Shown here: in pieces, positions 8,589 to 20,520 of the stretch
Numbering within the stretch: position 1 is the first letter of the stretch
Layout: the number at the start of each line of letters is the position of its first letter
Assembly: GCA_035412805.1 (NCBI GenBank)
Contig: DAONVO010000002.1
Location: forward strand, 26-64,025
Length of the DNA: 64,000 nt
Reading direction: 5' to 3'
Source: Syntrophomonadaceae bacterium
Lineage (GTDB): Bacteria; Bacillota; Syntrophomonadia; Syntrophomonadales; Syntrophomonadaceae
Notes under the pieces: generated by a model
What the model was told of the DNA's origin: nothing
Databases searched by the model: none
Seen by the model: the letters and a program-made list of their open reading frames with translations, nothing else
Translations under genes and position numbers: made by a program

Positions 8589-10316
8589 TCAACCCGCTAT
8601 CGAATATAGTTGAAGCAAGCTTTTAGCCAGATCTTTAAACACCGGAGCAGCGCTCTCAGCTCCTGAGATACCTTCTTCAACCATAACTACCATCGCCCAA
8701 CGAGGATTTGAGGCCGGTAGATAACCGCCAAACCAGGTATTGAGAATCTCTTCCTGCTGTTCATTCACCTGACCGGTTTGACTAGTTCCAGTTTTTCCCG
8801 CCATACTTATTTCCGGCAGAGAAGCACTGCGGCCTGTTCCTTCTTCCAGGGTCAAAACCAGCATATGCTGCAGCTTTCGGGCAGTATCCGCTGATAAAAC
8901 TTGTTCCGGAGCCGGGAGGTCCGGGTAATGTTTGTGTCCTTGTTCATCAATATAGTGGAGAACTAAGGAGGGAGGAATCCACTGGCCATCATCGGCTATA
9001 GTGGCCAGCAGTGTGGTTAATTGCAAAGGTGTTAACTGCACTCCCTGCTGACCTAGAGCAGCGTTGCCCAACCCCGCCGGCCCGGGGTAAATGTGGACAT
9101 AACTGCCAGCATAATAGGGGCCATAACCGACCAGGTTTTCGTCGGTTATATGCAGTTTACCAGTATACTCCTCCAGGGCTTGACGACCTACCAAACGTGC
9201 TATTTCAATAAAAGCCGGGTTACACGAAAAAGCCAAAGCCTGTTCAAAAGTAAGATCACCATGACCTTCTTCCTTCCAACAGGATATTTCCAGCTGCTCA
9301 TTAAAGCGATAAGCACCACTGCAGTGAAAAGCGGTGGAGAAATCCACCACCCCTTTATCCAAGGCAGCTGCGGCTACCAAAATCTTAAACAGTGAACCGG
9401 GATGATAGCTGGTCAGGGCACGGTTCATAAGAGCACTTTCCTGATTAGTACTGATAACCTGGCTTACCTGATAGGGATTAAAGGTTGGTCGGCTGGCCAT
9501 GGCCAACACCTGCCGGGTTTTGACATCCATAACTACAACCGCCCCTTTTTTAACCCGTTGATCCATAACTTTTTCCACCTCGATCTGCACGCGTTTATCG
9601 ATGGTGAGAACCACCGAACCTTTGCTCTGATCCTGTCGCTGGCGTATTTTATACATCAGACCATTTATGGTTTCACCTCTGGCATCCTTAACAGATACCA
9701 GTTCCAATGATGAAGGGCTGTTGCTCAATACTTTATCATAAACCCGTTCTATACCCGATAAGCCCCGGGATGCTTTACTCTGCTCCACTGTACCAATGAC
9801 ATGGGCTAAAAACCCATCTACCGAATAGCGTTTTTGTACCGGAGCTACTACTACACCGGGAATAGCTTGAGTCTGCAGCCGGGCCACCTGGGAAGACGAA
9901 AGGTCAGTGACTAACCTTACGCAAGCTTCTCCAGAGCGGATACTATTCTTAATCTCTTTAGCTGCCTGCTCTTGATTCAGTTCCGGTATCAAAACCGCTA
10001 ATCTTTGCACCAGTCTATTTATCATGGAATCGCCGATTGCCGTATTTTTACCCGAGGGTTGCGCCTGGGCAAAATACTGCCTAGGGAAACAATATAAAGC
10101 AGAGGCAGTATGGATACCGGTCAGAGGCTGATGGTTTCGGTCCCAAATGGTACCGCGGTCATATTCTTTCAGTTCAATTTGCTGACTGCGCATAGCCACC
10201 GCTTTGGCAGCTATTTCTGGCCCGCGCACCAGTTGATAAAAGGCAACCAATACCGATAACCCGCTGAATATTATTAAAAATATGACCATGAGAAGGGTGA
10301 TACGAAAAGTGTTCAA
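8589..10316 (-). CDS. class B penicillin-binding protein (PBP2/SpoVD-like transpeptidase)
   Basis: 575 aa with an N-terminal TM anchor. Transpeptidase motifs SLFK (SxxK), SCN (SxN) and KTGT are present. Confidence 0.85.
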   Translation of the reverse strand: MNTFRITLLMVIFLIIFSGLSVLVAFYQLVRGPEIAAKAVAMRSQQIELKEYDRGTIWDRNHQPLTGIHTASALYCFPRQYFAQAQPSGKNTAIGDSMINRLVQRLAVLIPELNQEQAAKEIKNSIRSGEACVRLVTDLSSSQVARLQTQAIPGVVVAPVQKRYSVDGFLAHVIGTVEQSKASRGLSGIERVYDKVLSNSPSSLELVSVKDARGETINGLMYKIRQRQDQSKGSVVLTIDKRVQIEVEKVMDQRVKKGAVVVMDVKTRQVLAMASRPTFNPYQVSQVISTNQESALMNRALTSYHPGSLFKILVAAAALDKGVVDFSTAFHCSGAYRFNEQLEISCWKEEGHGDLTFEQALAFSCNPAFIEIARLVGRQALEEYTGKLHITDENLVGYGPYYAGSYVHIYPGPAGLGNAALGQQGVQLTPLQLTTLLATIADDGQWIPPSLVLHYIDEQGHKHYPDLPAPEQVLSADTARKLQHMLVLTLEEGTGRSASLPEISMAGKTGTSQTGQVNEQQEEILNTWFGGYLPASNPRWAMVVMVEEGISGAESAAPVFKDLAKSLLQLYSIAG

Positions 10317-10367
10317 GGTAACTCCTCCAGCCAGACTTTAACTTAGCATGGACTATGTTACCGGCAG

Positions 10368-10574
10368 TTATTCCTGAGCTACAATGGTGAGGGAAAAAGG
10401 CAGGTTATCCAAAATATCTAAGAGATCAGGCAGTGTATCCGCGGTACCTCGAATCACCACCAGCCCTTGCTGGCGATCCAGTGTGGATACAATGCCCAAA
10501 TGGTCAAAACCCTCAATTAAGCGAGTAAGCATATCAATATCAGCAGGATTTACCTGAGCTACTATATTACTCAT
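10368..10574 (-). CDS. small conserved hypothetical protein, translationally coupled to the U32 gene
   Basis: 68-aa ORF whose start overlaps the U32 stop by 8 nt. Function unknown. Confidence 0.5.
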   Translation of the reverse strand: MSNIVAQVNPADIDMLTRLIEGFDHLGIVSTLDRQQGLVVIRGTADTLPDLLDILDNLPFSLTIVAQE

Positions 10575-11823
10575 GATTATCTTGCCTCAGTCGATACAGG
10601 ATGGAATAATTGGCAACAGGCTGATTGAAAGGTATGTAAACATGTTGACAAGCATGACGAGCCCGGTCAATTTCCTGCCCTTCGCTATCGTATAAATGCT
10701 CTAACTGCAAGGAAATGACTCCGGCTTGCGGAGTAAGCAACCACAAAGGATCACCCGGCCCAAAATTAGCCCGTTGCTCTACTTCTATCCAGCAACGCTT
10801 CTCATCGTAACCCTGTACCATCCCGCAAAATTCCGCCCGATCTTGATTTTTATTATTTTCCGGATCCTGAAGATCAGCATTACGACCATCTATAAAACCG
10901 CGGGTAAAGGGACGGGTGGCTACTGCTTGCAGCTGGCTCAGCCAATATTCCAGTTGGGCAGGTTCGCTAAAAGTACCGTTCCGGTAATGATCCAGGGCTT
11001 CCCGGTAAACCCGGGTAACAACGGCCAGGTAGAGAGGGCTTTTCATACGGCCTTCAATTTTGAAAGCATCTATACCGGCCTCTACCAGCCGGGGCAATTG
11101 TTCCAATAGGCATAGATCCCGGGAATTCAAAATGTAACTGCCCCGCTGATCTTCATGAATGGGAAAATACTCACCGGGACGTTTTTCCTCCATCAAGGTA
11201 TATTTATACCGGCAGGGATGGGCACACTCACCCCGGTTGGCACTGCGACCGGTCATAAATGACGATAAAAGGCAGCGCCCCGAGTAAGACATGCACATGG
11301 CTCCATGGATAAACATCTCAATTTCAAGGCCGGTACGTTCTTTAATAATAATTATCTCATCCAGGCTCAATTCCCGGGCGGCTACAATGCGGCGAGCTCC
11401 CAGGTCGCGATAAAAAGCTGCCGCTTCATAGTTGGTTACATTAGCCTGGGTGCTAATAGTAATGGGGATGGTAGGAGCATAGCGGCGGGCCAAGCGTATT
11501 ATTCCCAGATCGGAAATTATCATACCGTCTACCCCGATTTCCTCCAGTTTTTCCAGGTAAGCCGGCAAATCTTTGAGGTCTTCATTGTGAGCTAATATAT
11601 TAACCGTTATATATACCCGTTTGCCCAGCTGGCGAGCATAGTCTACCCCGGTCTGCAATTCCTGGAGACTTAAATTCCCGGCATAAGCTCTGAGACTATA
11701 TTGGTATCCGCCGGCATATACTGCATCAGCCCCAAAAATAACAGCTGTATATAATTTTTCCAGATCACCGGCTGGCAGAACCAGTTCCGGCAGCTTATTG
11801 ACCTGTATACTAGTATCAATCAA
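10567..11823 (-). CDS. peptidase U32 family protein (YrrO/TrhP-like)
   Basis: 418 aa with a U32 signature region (EMFIHGAMCMSYSGRCLLS). Its position next to mltG matches the B. subtilis yrrN/yrrO neighbourhood. Confidence 0.85.
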   Translation of the reverse strand: MIDTSIQVNKLPELVLPAGDLEKLYTAVIFGADAVYAGGYQYSLRAYAGNLSLQELQTGVDYARQLGKRVYITVNILAHNEDLKDLPAYLEKLEEIGVDGMIISDLGIIRLARRYAPTIPITISTQANVTNYEAAAFYRDLGARRIVAARELSLDEIIIIKERTGLEIEMFIHGAMCMSYSGRCLLSSFMTGRSANRGECAHPCRYKYTLMEEKRPGEYFPIHEDQRGSYILNSRDLCLLEQLPRLVEAGIDAFKIEGRMKSPLYLAVVTRVYREALDHYRNGTFSEPAQLEYWLSQLQAVATRPFTRGFIDGRNADLQDPENNKNQDRAEFCGMVQGYDEKRCWIEVEQRANFGPGDPLWLLTPQAGVISLQLEHLYDSEGQEIDRARHACQHVYIPFNQPVANYSILYRLRQDNHE

Positions 11824-12850
11824 TATATCGCCCCTTGGCTATTAAGTGATCTTGGTAAGTGACTGAAAATTGATGGCTGCCATCTCCCCGTGCCACATAA
11901 TATAAAAAGTTGTGCTTCTGAGGATGTACAGCAGCTTCCAGGCTGGCCAGGCCAGGGTTGGCGATGGGACCGGGGGGCAAACCGGGATTCTTATAGGTGT
12001 TATAAGGATCATCAACCTCTAAATCCGCATAGGTTAGTGTTTCCTTATGATTGGGCAAACAATACAGAATAGTGGCATCAATTTGGAGCAGCATTCCCCG
12101 GGCCAGGCGATTATATATTACTCCGGATATAACCTCCCGTTCAGAGCTTACCTGGGCTTCTCTTTCAATTAATGAAGCCAGAGTAACCACTTCGTTAACA
12201 GTCAACCCAGTGTCAGCGGCATCAGAAGCCAGATTATCCTGCCAAATCTTATCGAAGGTGGCCAACATGTGCTGGATCATTTCCTGAGCGGTTATATCAT
12301 CAGGAATTATATAGGTATCTGGAAACAAGAATCCCTCTAGAGGATTCTTTACCTGGGCCGAAGCGCCTTCTAAAAAAGTGAAAGCATAATCAGCTTGCAG
12401 GGCTTCCTCCCACTCCTCACGGGTAAAGAGACCCTTTTTCACAAACAGGTCGCCAATCTGAGCTACCGTATAACCTTCAGGGATTGTAATGGTCTGGGTT
12501 ACCACTGCTCCCCGGGCTATAGCCCCAGCAATATCGGCCAGGGATTGGCTGCGCTTAAACATATAATGGCCAGCTTTCAGCTGGCTGTCCAACCCTTCTT
12601 TGCGGCAATAGGATAAAAAGGCTCTCTGGCTGCGAATCAATCCTTCTTTTTCCAATAACTCTGCTATTTCCCGGGCAGTACTGGCTGCAGGTATGCGTAC
12701 CTCTATAGGTTGGTGATCATTAGGATCTACGGGTGCATACTGCTGGTTGAAAAAAGCATAACCCATCAAGGTTACGCATATTAACAGCAATAAGGATAGC
12801 AAAATAACAGGCCGACGTTTAGTAAATCTTTTTATCGAGATTTCACTCAT
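11816..12850 (-). CDS. mltG: endolytic murein transglycosylase MltG (YceG-like)
   Basis: YceG domain with LASLIEREA. ATG at 12850 follows the GGAGAAGG RBS and overlaps the VanW stop (ATGAGTGA). The track ORF start at 12901 is probably too far upstream. Confidence 0.85.
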   Translation of the reverse strand: MSEISIKRFTKRRPVILLSLLLLICVTLMGYAFFNQQYAPVDPNDHQPIEVRIPAASTAREIAELLEKEGLIRSQRAFLSYCRKEGLDSQLKAGHYMFKRSQSLADIAGAIARGAVVTQTITIPEGYTVAQIGDLFVKKGLFTREEWEEALQADYAFTFLEGASAQVKNPLEGFLFPDTYIIPDDITAQEMIQHMLATFDKIWQDNLASDAADTGLTVNEVVTLASLIEREAQVSSEREVISGVIYNRLARGMLLQIDATILYCLPNHKETLTYADLEVDDPYNTYKNPGLPPGPIANPGLASLEAAVHPQKHNFLYYVARGDGSHQFSVTYQDHLIAKGRYID

Positions 12851-14324
12851 ATCCTTCTCCTGAGTCTGAAGGGACCTGGTATTCTGTCCCTGGCGATTCA
12901 TCGCCGAAATCGTAATTCTCTATGTCAACCGTGGTAATATCATCCTGGTAATCTTGGGGCATATCGGCAAAGTCCAAGGGTGTACTCAGCTTCGGCCCGG
13001 TATATATGAGAGTATGCAAGGGATTATAATAATCAGTAGCCAGCTGAACCTGCTGGGCAAGATCACCATTTTCATCGAAAACCCGCTTAAAAGATCGGGC
13101 CACATATCCAGGGAATCCCTTAACCTCAATCTTTTCCTCACCCGGTTGCAAGGCCGGATTCTCCTGCCGGATTTCCTGAAAAGGTATTACTTTATCTATA
13201 ACACTGCTAACCTCAACTCGTTTTTTATTGCTCAGGTGACCGTAAAGAGTAACAGTCAGCCGTCCCCCTCCGGTAGCAGTATGAATATAGATAGGATGAC
13301 CGGTATTATTCTTAAATCGGAAATCCTGAATCCCATAAGCAACTGTTGCATCCAGACCAACCGGGACATAGGCCACAGCTAAAGCATGATTGTGACGCTC
13401 CACTACTTCCAGATCTGCTAGCAGTACTGCATTATATAAGGTAGAAGATACCTGGCATATGCCGCCACCCACACCGGGTTCGAACCTGCCGCTGACTATC
13501 ACCATAGCATCCCGGTAGCCAGTCTCAAAACTCCTGGCTCCCACAGTCTGGTTAAAGGAAAAGATTTCTCCGGGTTTGATAACCCGCCCGTTGATAGCTG
13601 TAGCCGCTCTAGTTAAATTATGGGTTCGGTCCACTTCGCCACTGTTATACCAGGTGCTGTATGAAGACAGTTCCCCCATTACCTGCAGGTCTGCCTCGCT
13701 TATCGTAGGATAAACCTTATCAATCACAATAGGTATTCTAAGCTCATCTAAGGTCGACCAATTCTTAGGCATTCTTTCCCAGGTAGCCTCAATATTTACC
13801 TGTTTCCCATCCTTACCTGGCACGACTACCAGTCCTTCGGTCCGGTCAACTTCCAGTCTTGGATTTTCTGGCGGCTGGCCCAGTAGTTCGTTCCATTCTT
13901 CTGCCAGTTTCTCCAGGATAACCTGGTTGTATTTAATGGGCGGAGCATAAGCAATCTGCTGAGATCCGTCCAGGTTAAGCAACTTAGAACGAATGCTGCG
14001 TTTTTGTTCTTGCTGCCATATTTCATCAACAGCTTGGTTGATATCTACTTTTTCAGCAAGTTCACCCAAAGTAGTGAGATGGTTGAAGTCCTGGTAGTAA
14101 AAAGTCACGGGAGTTCGGTACAAATCATAAAGATGGGCCTCTATTTCTGCAGCTGCTTGGTTTCTGTCCTGACCTCCCACCGGTACCGAAGCAATAGCCA
14201 CACCGGGCAGGAAATAGTCGGTATGGCAGAAAAATTGGTAGAAATAGAGCGTTAGAGCCGCGGTTATGCCGGCAGTAATTACTAAAAAATAAACCAGCCC
14301 TCTTTTTATTTTGTCACCAACCAA
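12843..14324 (-). CDS. VanW-family protein with N-terminal membrane anchor
   Basis: 493 aa, TTG start after GGGGGT. It has a VanW-like region (GGGICQVSSTLYNA) and a C-terminal acidic tail. Confidence 0.8.
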   Translation of the reverse strand: MVGDKIKRGLVYFLVITAGITAALTLYFYQFFCHTDYFLPGVAIASVPVGGQDRNQAAAEIEAHLYDLYRTPVTFYYQDFNHLTTLGELAEKVDINQAVDEIWQQEQKRSIRSKLLNLDGSQQIAYAPPIKYNQVILEKLAEEWNELLGQPPENPRLEVDRTEGLVVVPGKDGKQVNIEATWERMPKNWSTLDELRIPIVIDKVYPTISEADLQVMGELSSYSTWYNSGEVDRTHNLTRAATAINGRVIKPGEIFSFNQTVGARSFETGYRDAMVIVSGRFEPGVGGGICQVSSTLYNAVLLADLEVVERHNHALAVAYVPVGLDATVAYGIQDFRFKNNTGHPIYIHTATGGGRLTVTLYGHLSNKKRVEVSSVIDKVIPFQEIRQENPALQPGEEKIEVKGFPGYVARSFKRVFDENGDLAQQVQLATDYYNPLHTLIYTGPKLSTPLDFADMPQDYQDDITTVDIENYDFGDESPGTEYQVPSDSGEGYE

Positions 14325-14420
14325 GTATTACTACCCCCACAACTTCGCAATGTAGTGCCAGCTATTCCTCTTCCCCTATTATACGACATAAGGGTACACA
14401 TTCTATCAACAGTTTTCAAG

Positions 14421-14457
14421 AAAAAAACAGGGTAAAAGCCGCAGCTTCTCCCCTGTT
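14421..14457 (-). terminator. terminator-like hairpin after the DUF1292 gene
   Basis: On the minus strand, ACAGGG...CCCTGT encloses an inner GAAGC/GCTTT stem and is followed by TTTTTTT. Confidence 0.5.
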
Positions 14458-14466
14458 TAACTATGT

Positions 14467-14763
14467 TTAGAGTTCTTCCGATTCTACCAGTTCCTGCCAG
14501 GCATCAGCTACGCGTTCCCATTCTTCGTCATCTTCTATGTCGCTTAAAAACTCGTTACCTTCCTCATCATAAACCACTTTGAGAATGATAACTTCCACTT
14601 CTTCATCTTCTGACTGTTCTTCCTCTTCTAGGGGAATTAATACCCGGTACACATCCTGCTCAATTTCAAGTTCCGCCAGCAGTTCAAACTGATGTTCTAC
14701 TCCTTCATCATCTACCAGAACCAAGATAGGATACTCTTCGTCAAATATTTCTTCATTGGTCAT
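14467..14763 (-). CDS. DUF1292 (YrzB-like) acidic small protein
   Basis: 98 aa and very acidic. It lies between ruvX and mltG/VanW, as yrzB does in Bacillus. Confidence 0.7.
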   Translation of the reverse strand: MTNEEIFDEEYPILVLVDDEGVEHQFELLAELEIEQDVYRVLIPLEEEEQSEDEEVEVIILKVVYDEEGNEFLSDIEDDEEWERVADAWQELVESEEL

Positions 14764-14811
14764 TGCTTCACCTCATTTCGCAAACTAGTCCCATTCTAAT
14801 ATTTACCTGCT

Positions 14812-15240
14812 TTACTTGTCAAACTTCTGATTTGCAGCAGCATCCAGGTACCCTTGCAGAATATGAACCGCTGCCACCTTGTCGATAACCTGTTTGCGCC
14901 TGCGCCTGGACATGTCAGCTTCCAGAAGAATGCGTTCGGCACTGCGGGTAGTAAGCCTTTCATCCCAGTACACGACAGGTAACCCAGTACGATCCTGCAA
15001 GCTACGGGCAAATTCCTGTATTTCCTCTGCTTTAGGGCCCAGTGTTCCGTTCATGTTGCGGGGAAGCCCTATCACCAACAGCTGGCATTCCAACTGCTGG
15101 CACAATTCCTGCAGACTAGCCAAGTCATTATTAAGAGTGGTACGCTTCAGCACTGAATGCCCTTGAGCAGTCCATCCTAACGGGTCGCTGACCGCAATAC
15201 CGATACGTTTTTCTCCCACGTCTAAGCCCATTATTCTCAT
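14812..15240 (-). CDS. ruvX: Holliday junction resolvase-like / pre-16S rRNA nuclease RuvX (YqgF)
   Basis: MRIMGLDVGEKRIGIAVSD is the canonical YqgF N-terminus. ATG at 15240 follows GAAGGT; the track ORF extends to 15288. Confidence 0.9.
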   Translation of the reverse strand: MRIMGLDVGEKRIGIAVSDPLGWTAQGHSVLKRTTLNNDLASLQELCQQLECQLLVIGLPRNMNGTLGPKAEEIQEFARSLQDRTGLPVVYWDERLTTRSAERILLEADMSRRRRKQVIDKVAAVHILQGYLDAAANQKFDK

Positions 15241-15317
15241 AAAAGTACCTTCATATACCTCATTGACTGTCATGCACGTATAGCTCAACAGCCCCAGTTT
15301 GATGGGGCTGTTGCTGG

Positions 15318-15581
15318 TTACTGCTGCAGGTAGTTCTTTAATAAAACTTCTAAAACTTCGTCTCGCTCAATTTTACATATGAGATGACGTGCATCATTAT
15401 GACTAGTTATGTAGGCGGGGTCGCCGGATATCATATAGCCAACCAATTGATTAATGGGATTATAGCCCTTTTCTTCTAGGGCCCGGTATACCTGCTGCAA
15501 AATAGCTCGTATCTTTTCTTCACTATCGCGATCCAGCTTAAAGCTAACTGTTTCGCCTGGTCCTTGAGGCATGTCCAACAC
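15318..15581 (-). CDS. IreB-family regulatory phosphoprotein (UPF0297/YrzL)
   Basis: 87 aa with the [25 protein letters not shown] signature, immediately downstream of alaS. Confidence 0.8.
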   Translation of the reverse strand: MLDMPQGPGETVSFKLDRDSEEKIRAILQQVYRALEEKGYNPINQLVGYMISGDPAYITSHNDARHLICKIERDEVLEVLLKNYLQQ

Positions 15582-15626
15582 CTCCTTGATACCAAGTTTC
15601 TACGTTTCCGGCCGGTTATCCTTTGT

Positions 15627-18317
<2,691 letters not shown>

Positions 18318-18347
18318 CTATAAGGATGTGTCAATTGCACTGGCGTA

Positions 18348-19367
18348 TTACTTGACTAATTTTTGGTACAACCAGCTTGTAAACACTTTCAAGGCAGCGG
18401 CCAGGGGTACCGCAAACAGCATACCCCAAATGCCCAGCAGCTTGCCTCCAGACAGCAAAGCAAATACTATAACCAGCGGGTGCAACCCCAATTTGTCGCC
18501 AATAATCTTTGGCGTGATCAAGCCGCTCTCCACCTGCTGAATAGCAAATACAGCCACAGCCATATAAAGAGCGAGCCGCCAGGAATCGGTTAAAGCTACG
18601 GCTACAGCGGGAACTGCCCCCAGAAATGCTCCGAAATATGGAATCAGATTGGTTACCCCAGACAAAATCCCCAGCATTAGCGGAAATTTTACCCCCAGCA
18701 AAAACGCTGCCAAGCCTACCATCACTCCTACAAAACTGGCCACCAGCAAATAACCTTTGCAAAACTCTATCAATACTTCATCAATAGAAGAAAACAGTTC
18801 CACCGCCTCACGGCGGCCCCGGGGGGAAAACAATTTAAGAATATTATCACGGATTCTCTCCCAGTCCACCAGAATGTAAAAAGCTAATATGGGCGAAAAG
18901 ATAATAGCCAGTATTTTGCCTAAAAAACTGTACAGACCTCCTACAAAAGCTTGCAAAGCTTTGTATACATACTCGTTTACCCGGGATACATTTTCGTTAA
19001 TAATCTCTCCCAAGCGCATCGGCATATCCAGCTTCTGCAGACGCTCGGCCATATTTTGCGCCTCGCCGGCATAATGAGGGATCATCTGGGCCATATCCGC
19101 GAGTTCCCCAATCATGCCCGGCAGGGCAAAAGATAAAAATACACCTCCTACCAGTAAAATCAGCACATAGAGAAGAATAATTGCCCATACTCGTTTAAGC
19201 CCTTGCTTTTCTATGAAGCGCATCGGCCTGTACAGCAAGTAAGCCAGAAGACCACCCACAATAAAAGGAGTGGTTACATCCCGTACTTGATATAAAAAGT
19301 AAATGGTGGCTGCAGCAACCACCAGGACAAAAAACCAACGGCTTAAACGTGTGCTATTAAACTCCAA
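18348..19367 (-). CDS. AI-2E family transporter (PerM-like permease)
   Basis: 339 aa, multi-TM, typical AI-2E C-terminal region. TTG start. Confidence 0.85.
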   Translation of the reverse strand: MEFNSTRLSRWFFVLVVAAATIYFLYQVRDVTTPFIVGGLLAYLLYRPMRFIEKQGLKRVWAIILLYVLILLVGGVFLSFALPGMIGELADMAQMIPHYAGEAQNMAERLQKLDMPMRLGEIINENVSRVNEYVYKALQAFVGGLYSFLGKILAIIFSPILAFYILVDWERIRDNILKLFSPRGRREAVELFSSIDEVLIEFCKGYLLVASFVGVMVGLAAFLLGVKFPLMLGILSGVTNLIPYFGAFLGAVPAVAVALTDSWRLALYMAVAVFAIQQVESGLITPKIIGDKLGLHPLVIVFALLSGGKLLGIWGMLFAVPLAAALKVFTSWLYQKLVK

Positions 19368-19372
19368 AGCAA

Positions 19373-19552
19373 CTACCTCTTCAGTATTCTTTCGGCTGTA
19401 CCTCCGATATCATTAACCACATCCATCGCCCGTCTTGACTTAGCTTTTATTTGACGGGTCCGCTGCTTTACCTGTCCTTCATTGTTCACATAATACAGGG
19501 TGGCGGTTACACCCAGTATGGCTCCCAGCAGCAGGGCTGACCATTCCCTCAT
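19373..19552 (-). CDS. small membrane protein (59 aa), below the ORF-track cutoff
   Basis: ATG at 19552 follows the GGAGGTGG RBS. There is one N-terminal TM segment (WSALLLGAILGVTATLYYV) and a basic C-terminus. Confidence 0.4.
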   Translation of the reverse strand: MREWSALLLGAILGVTATLYYVNNEGQVKQRTRQIKAKSRRAMDVVNDIGGTAERILKR

Positions 19553-19565
19553 GGTTCCACCTCCG

Positions 19566-19742
19566 TTACATTAATTCCGATGAACGTTCCATGGCAATCA
19601 AAGTACCATCTTCAGCTACTTCATAAAGGTTCACCTTACCGCGGTTATAATTAAACTCCATAAAGCAGTTCCAGCAATAGTACTGGTCACTTCCTACTTT
19701 GCCAACCTGCAGGCCCCGGCATACAGGACAACGAGTAATCAC
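19566..19742 (-). CDS. small zinc-ribbon protein (58 aa), below the ORF-track cutoff
   Basis: The GTG start overlaps the stop of the PRC-barrel gene (GTGA). Two Cys pairs are present, CPVC...CWNC. Confidence 0.5.
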   Translation of the reverse strand: MITRCPVCRGLQVGKVGSDQYYCWNCFMEFNYNRGKVNLYEVAEDGTLIAMERSSELM

Positions 19743-20227
19743 TTTAAATTTCCTCCTTGCTCTTCTATTAAGCCACTGCTATAGCTTTTCCAGTTCACCT
19801 GTTCAACAGGAATCTGGCTGCGGCCCTGCAAAATATCACTTAGTATTCCGGCAGACACTTCAATTTCTCTCACCTGCTGATCACCGGACAGCAAAAAATC
19901 GCTGACTACCCCTATTTCCTTGCCTTCTGCATCGTAAATACTGTCACCTAATTTTTTCTGATATATCGATAATTCTTCCCCGTGCTGGTAAGATTTAATA
20001 CTATTCAAATCATGGATAATAACGGATTCAGGAGTGAGTATCAGATCTTTGGCCTTTACCATACCGGTTCTGTGCTCATCAGTTTCTACCACTACATAAG
20101 CCAAGCGCAGATCATCACCGATTACAGCCCGCTCTACCCGGCCCACGATCTGGGCGGTCGGTTCAAAAAATAGAGGAAGGTTTTTAATATCTCGTAGCCG
20201 TACTCGCACTTGTAACCTCTCCTTCAC
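19739..20227 (-). CDS. PRC-barrel domain protein
   Basis: 162 aa with PRC-barrel-like repeats (compare the sporulation YlmC/YmxH family). Confidence 0.65.
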   Translation of the reverse strand: MKERLQVRVRLRDIKNLPLFFEPTAQIVGRVERAVIGDDLRLAYVVVETDEHRTGMVKAKDLILTPESVIIHDLNSIKSYQHGEELSIYQKKLGDSIYDAEGKEIGVVSDFLLSGDQQVREIEVSAGILSDILQGRSQIPVEQVNWKSYSSGLIEEQGGNLK

Positions 20228-20255
20228 TGCCTTTAAATAGTTTTCTCGCCTACAG

Positions 20256-20282
20256 AAAAAAAATGCACCGTCAACGCGGTGC
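20256..20282 (-). terminator. rho-independent terminator
   Basis: On the minus strand, GCACCG-CGTTGA-CGGTGC is followed by A and TTTTTTTT. Confidence 0.75.
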
Positions 20283-20490
20283 TGAGAACGTCAAATAGTA
20301 CAAAAATTAGATTGCCACGCTTACGGCTCGCTGTATTCGTCGTGAATCAAAGTAGTAGCGGAAACTTAAGTTTCCGCTACGGTAATCGCTGGTGCGGAAG
20401 CTAAAGCTTACGCTACCTCATTTTCACAGCAACTTTAATTGTGTTCACGACCTAGAGGTTTTGAACACATCAGGGGGCCCCGAAGGGAGT
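20283..20490 (-). ncRNA. candidate structured small RNA (about 200 nt) downstream of mnmA; possibly 6S-like
   Basis: Gene-free 290-bp gap ending in a strong terminator. It contains a perfect 11-bp hairpin GTAGCGGAAAC-TTAA-GTTTCCGCTAC and long-range TCGTGAA/TTCACGA and AAAGT/ACTTT pairings. The 5' segment CCCUGAUGUGUUCA resembles the 6S closing-stem sequence. Confidence 0.35.
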
Positions 20491-20520
20491 TTAATTTATG
20501 CTTAAGTCCTTAATTTATGT

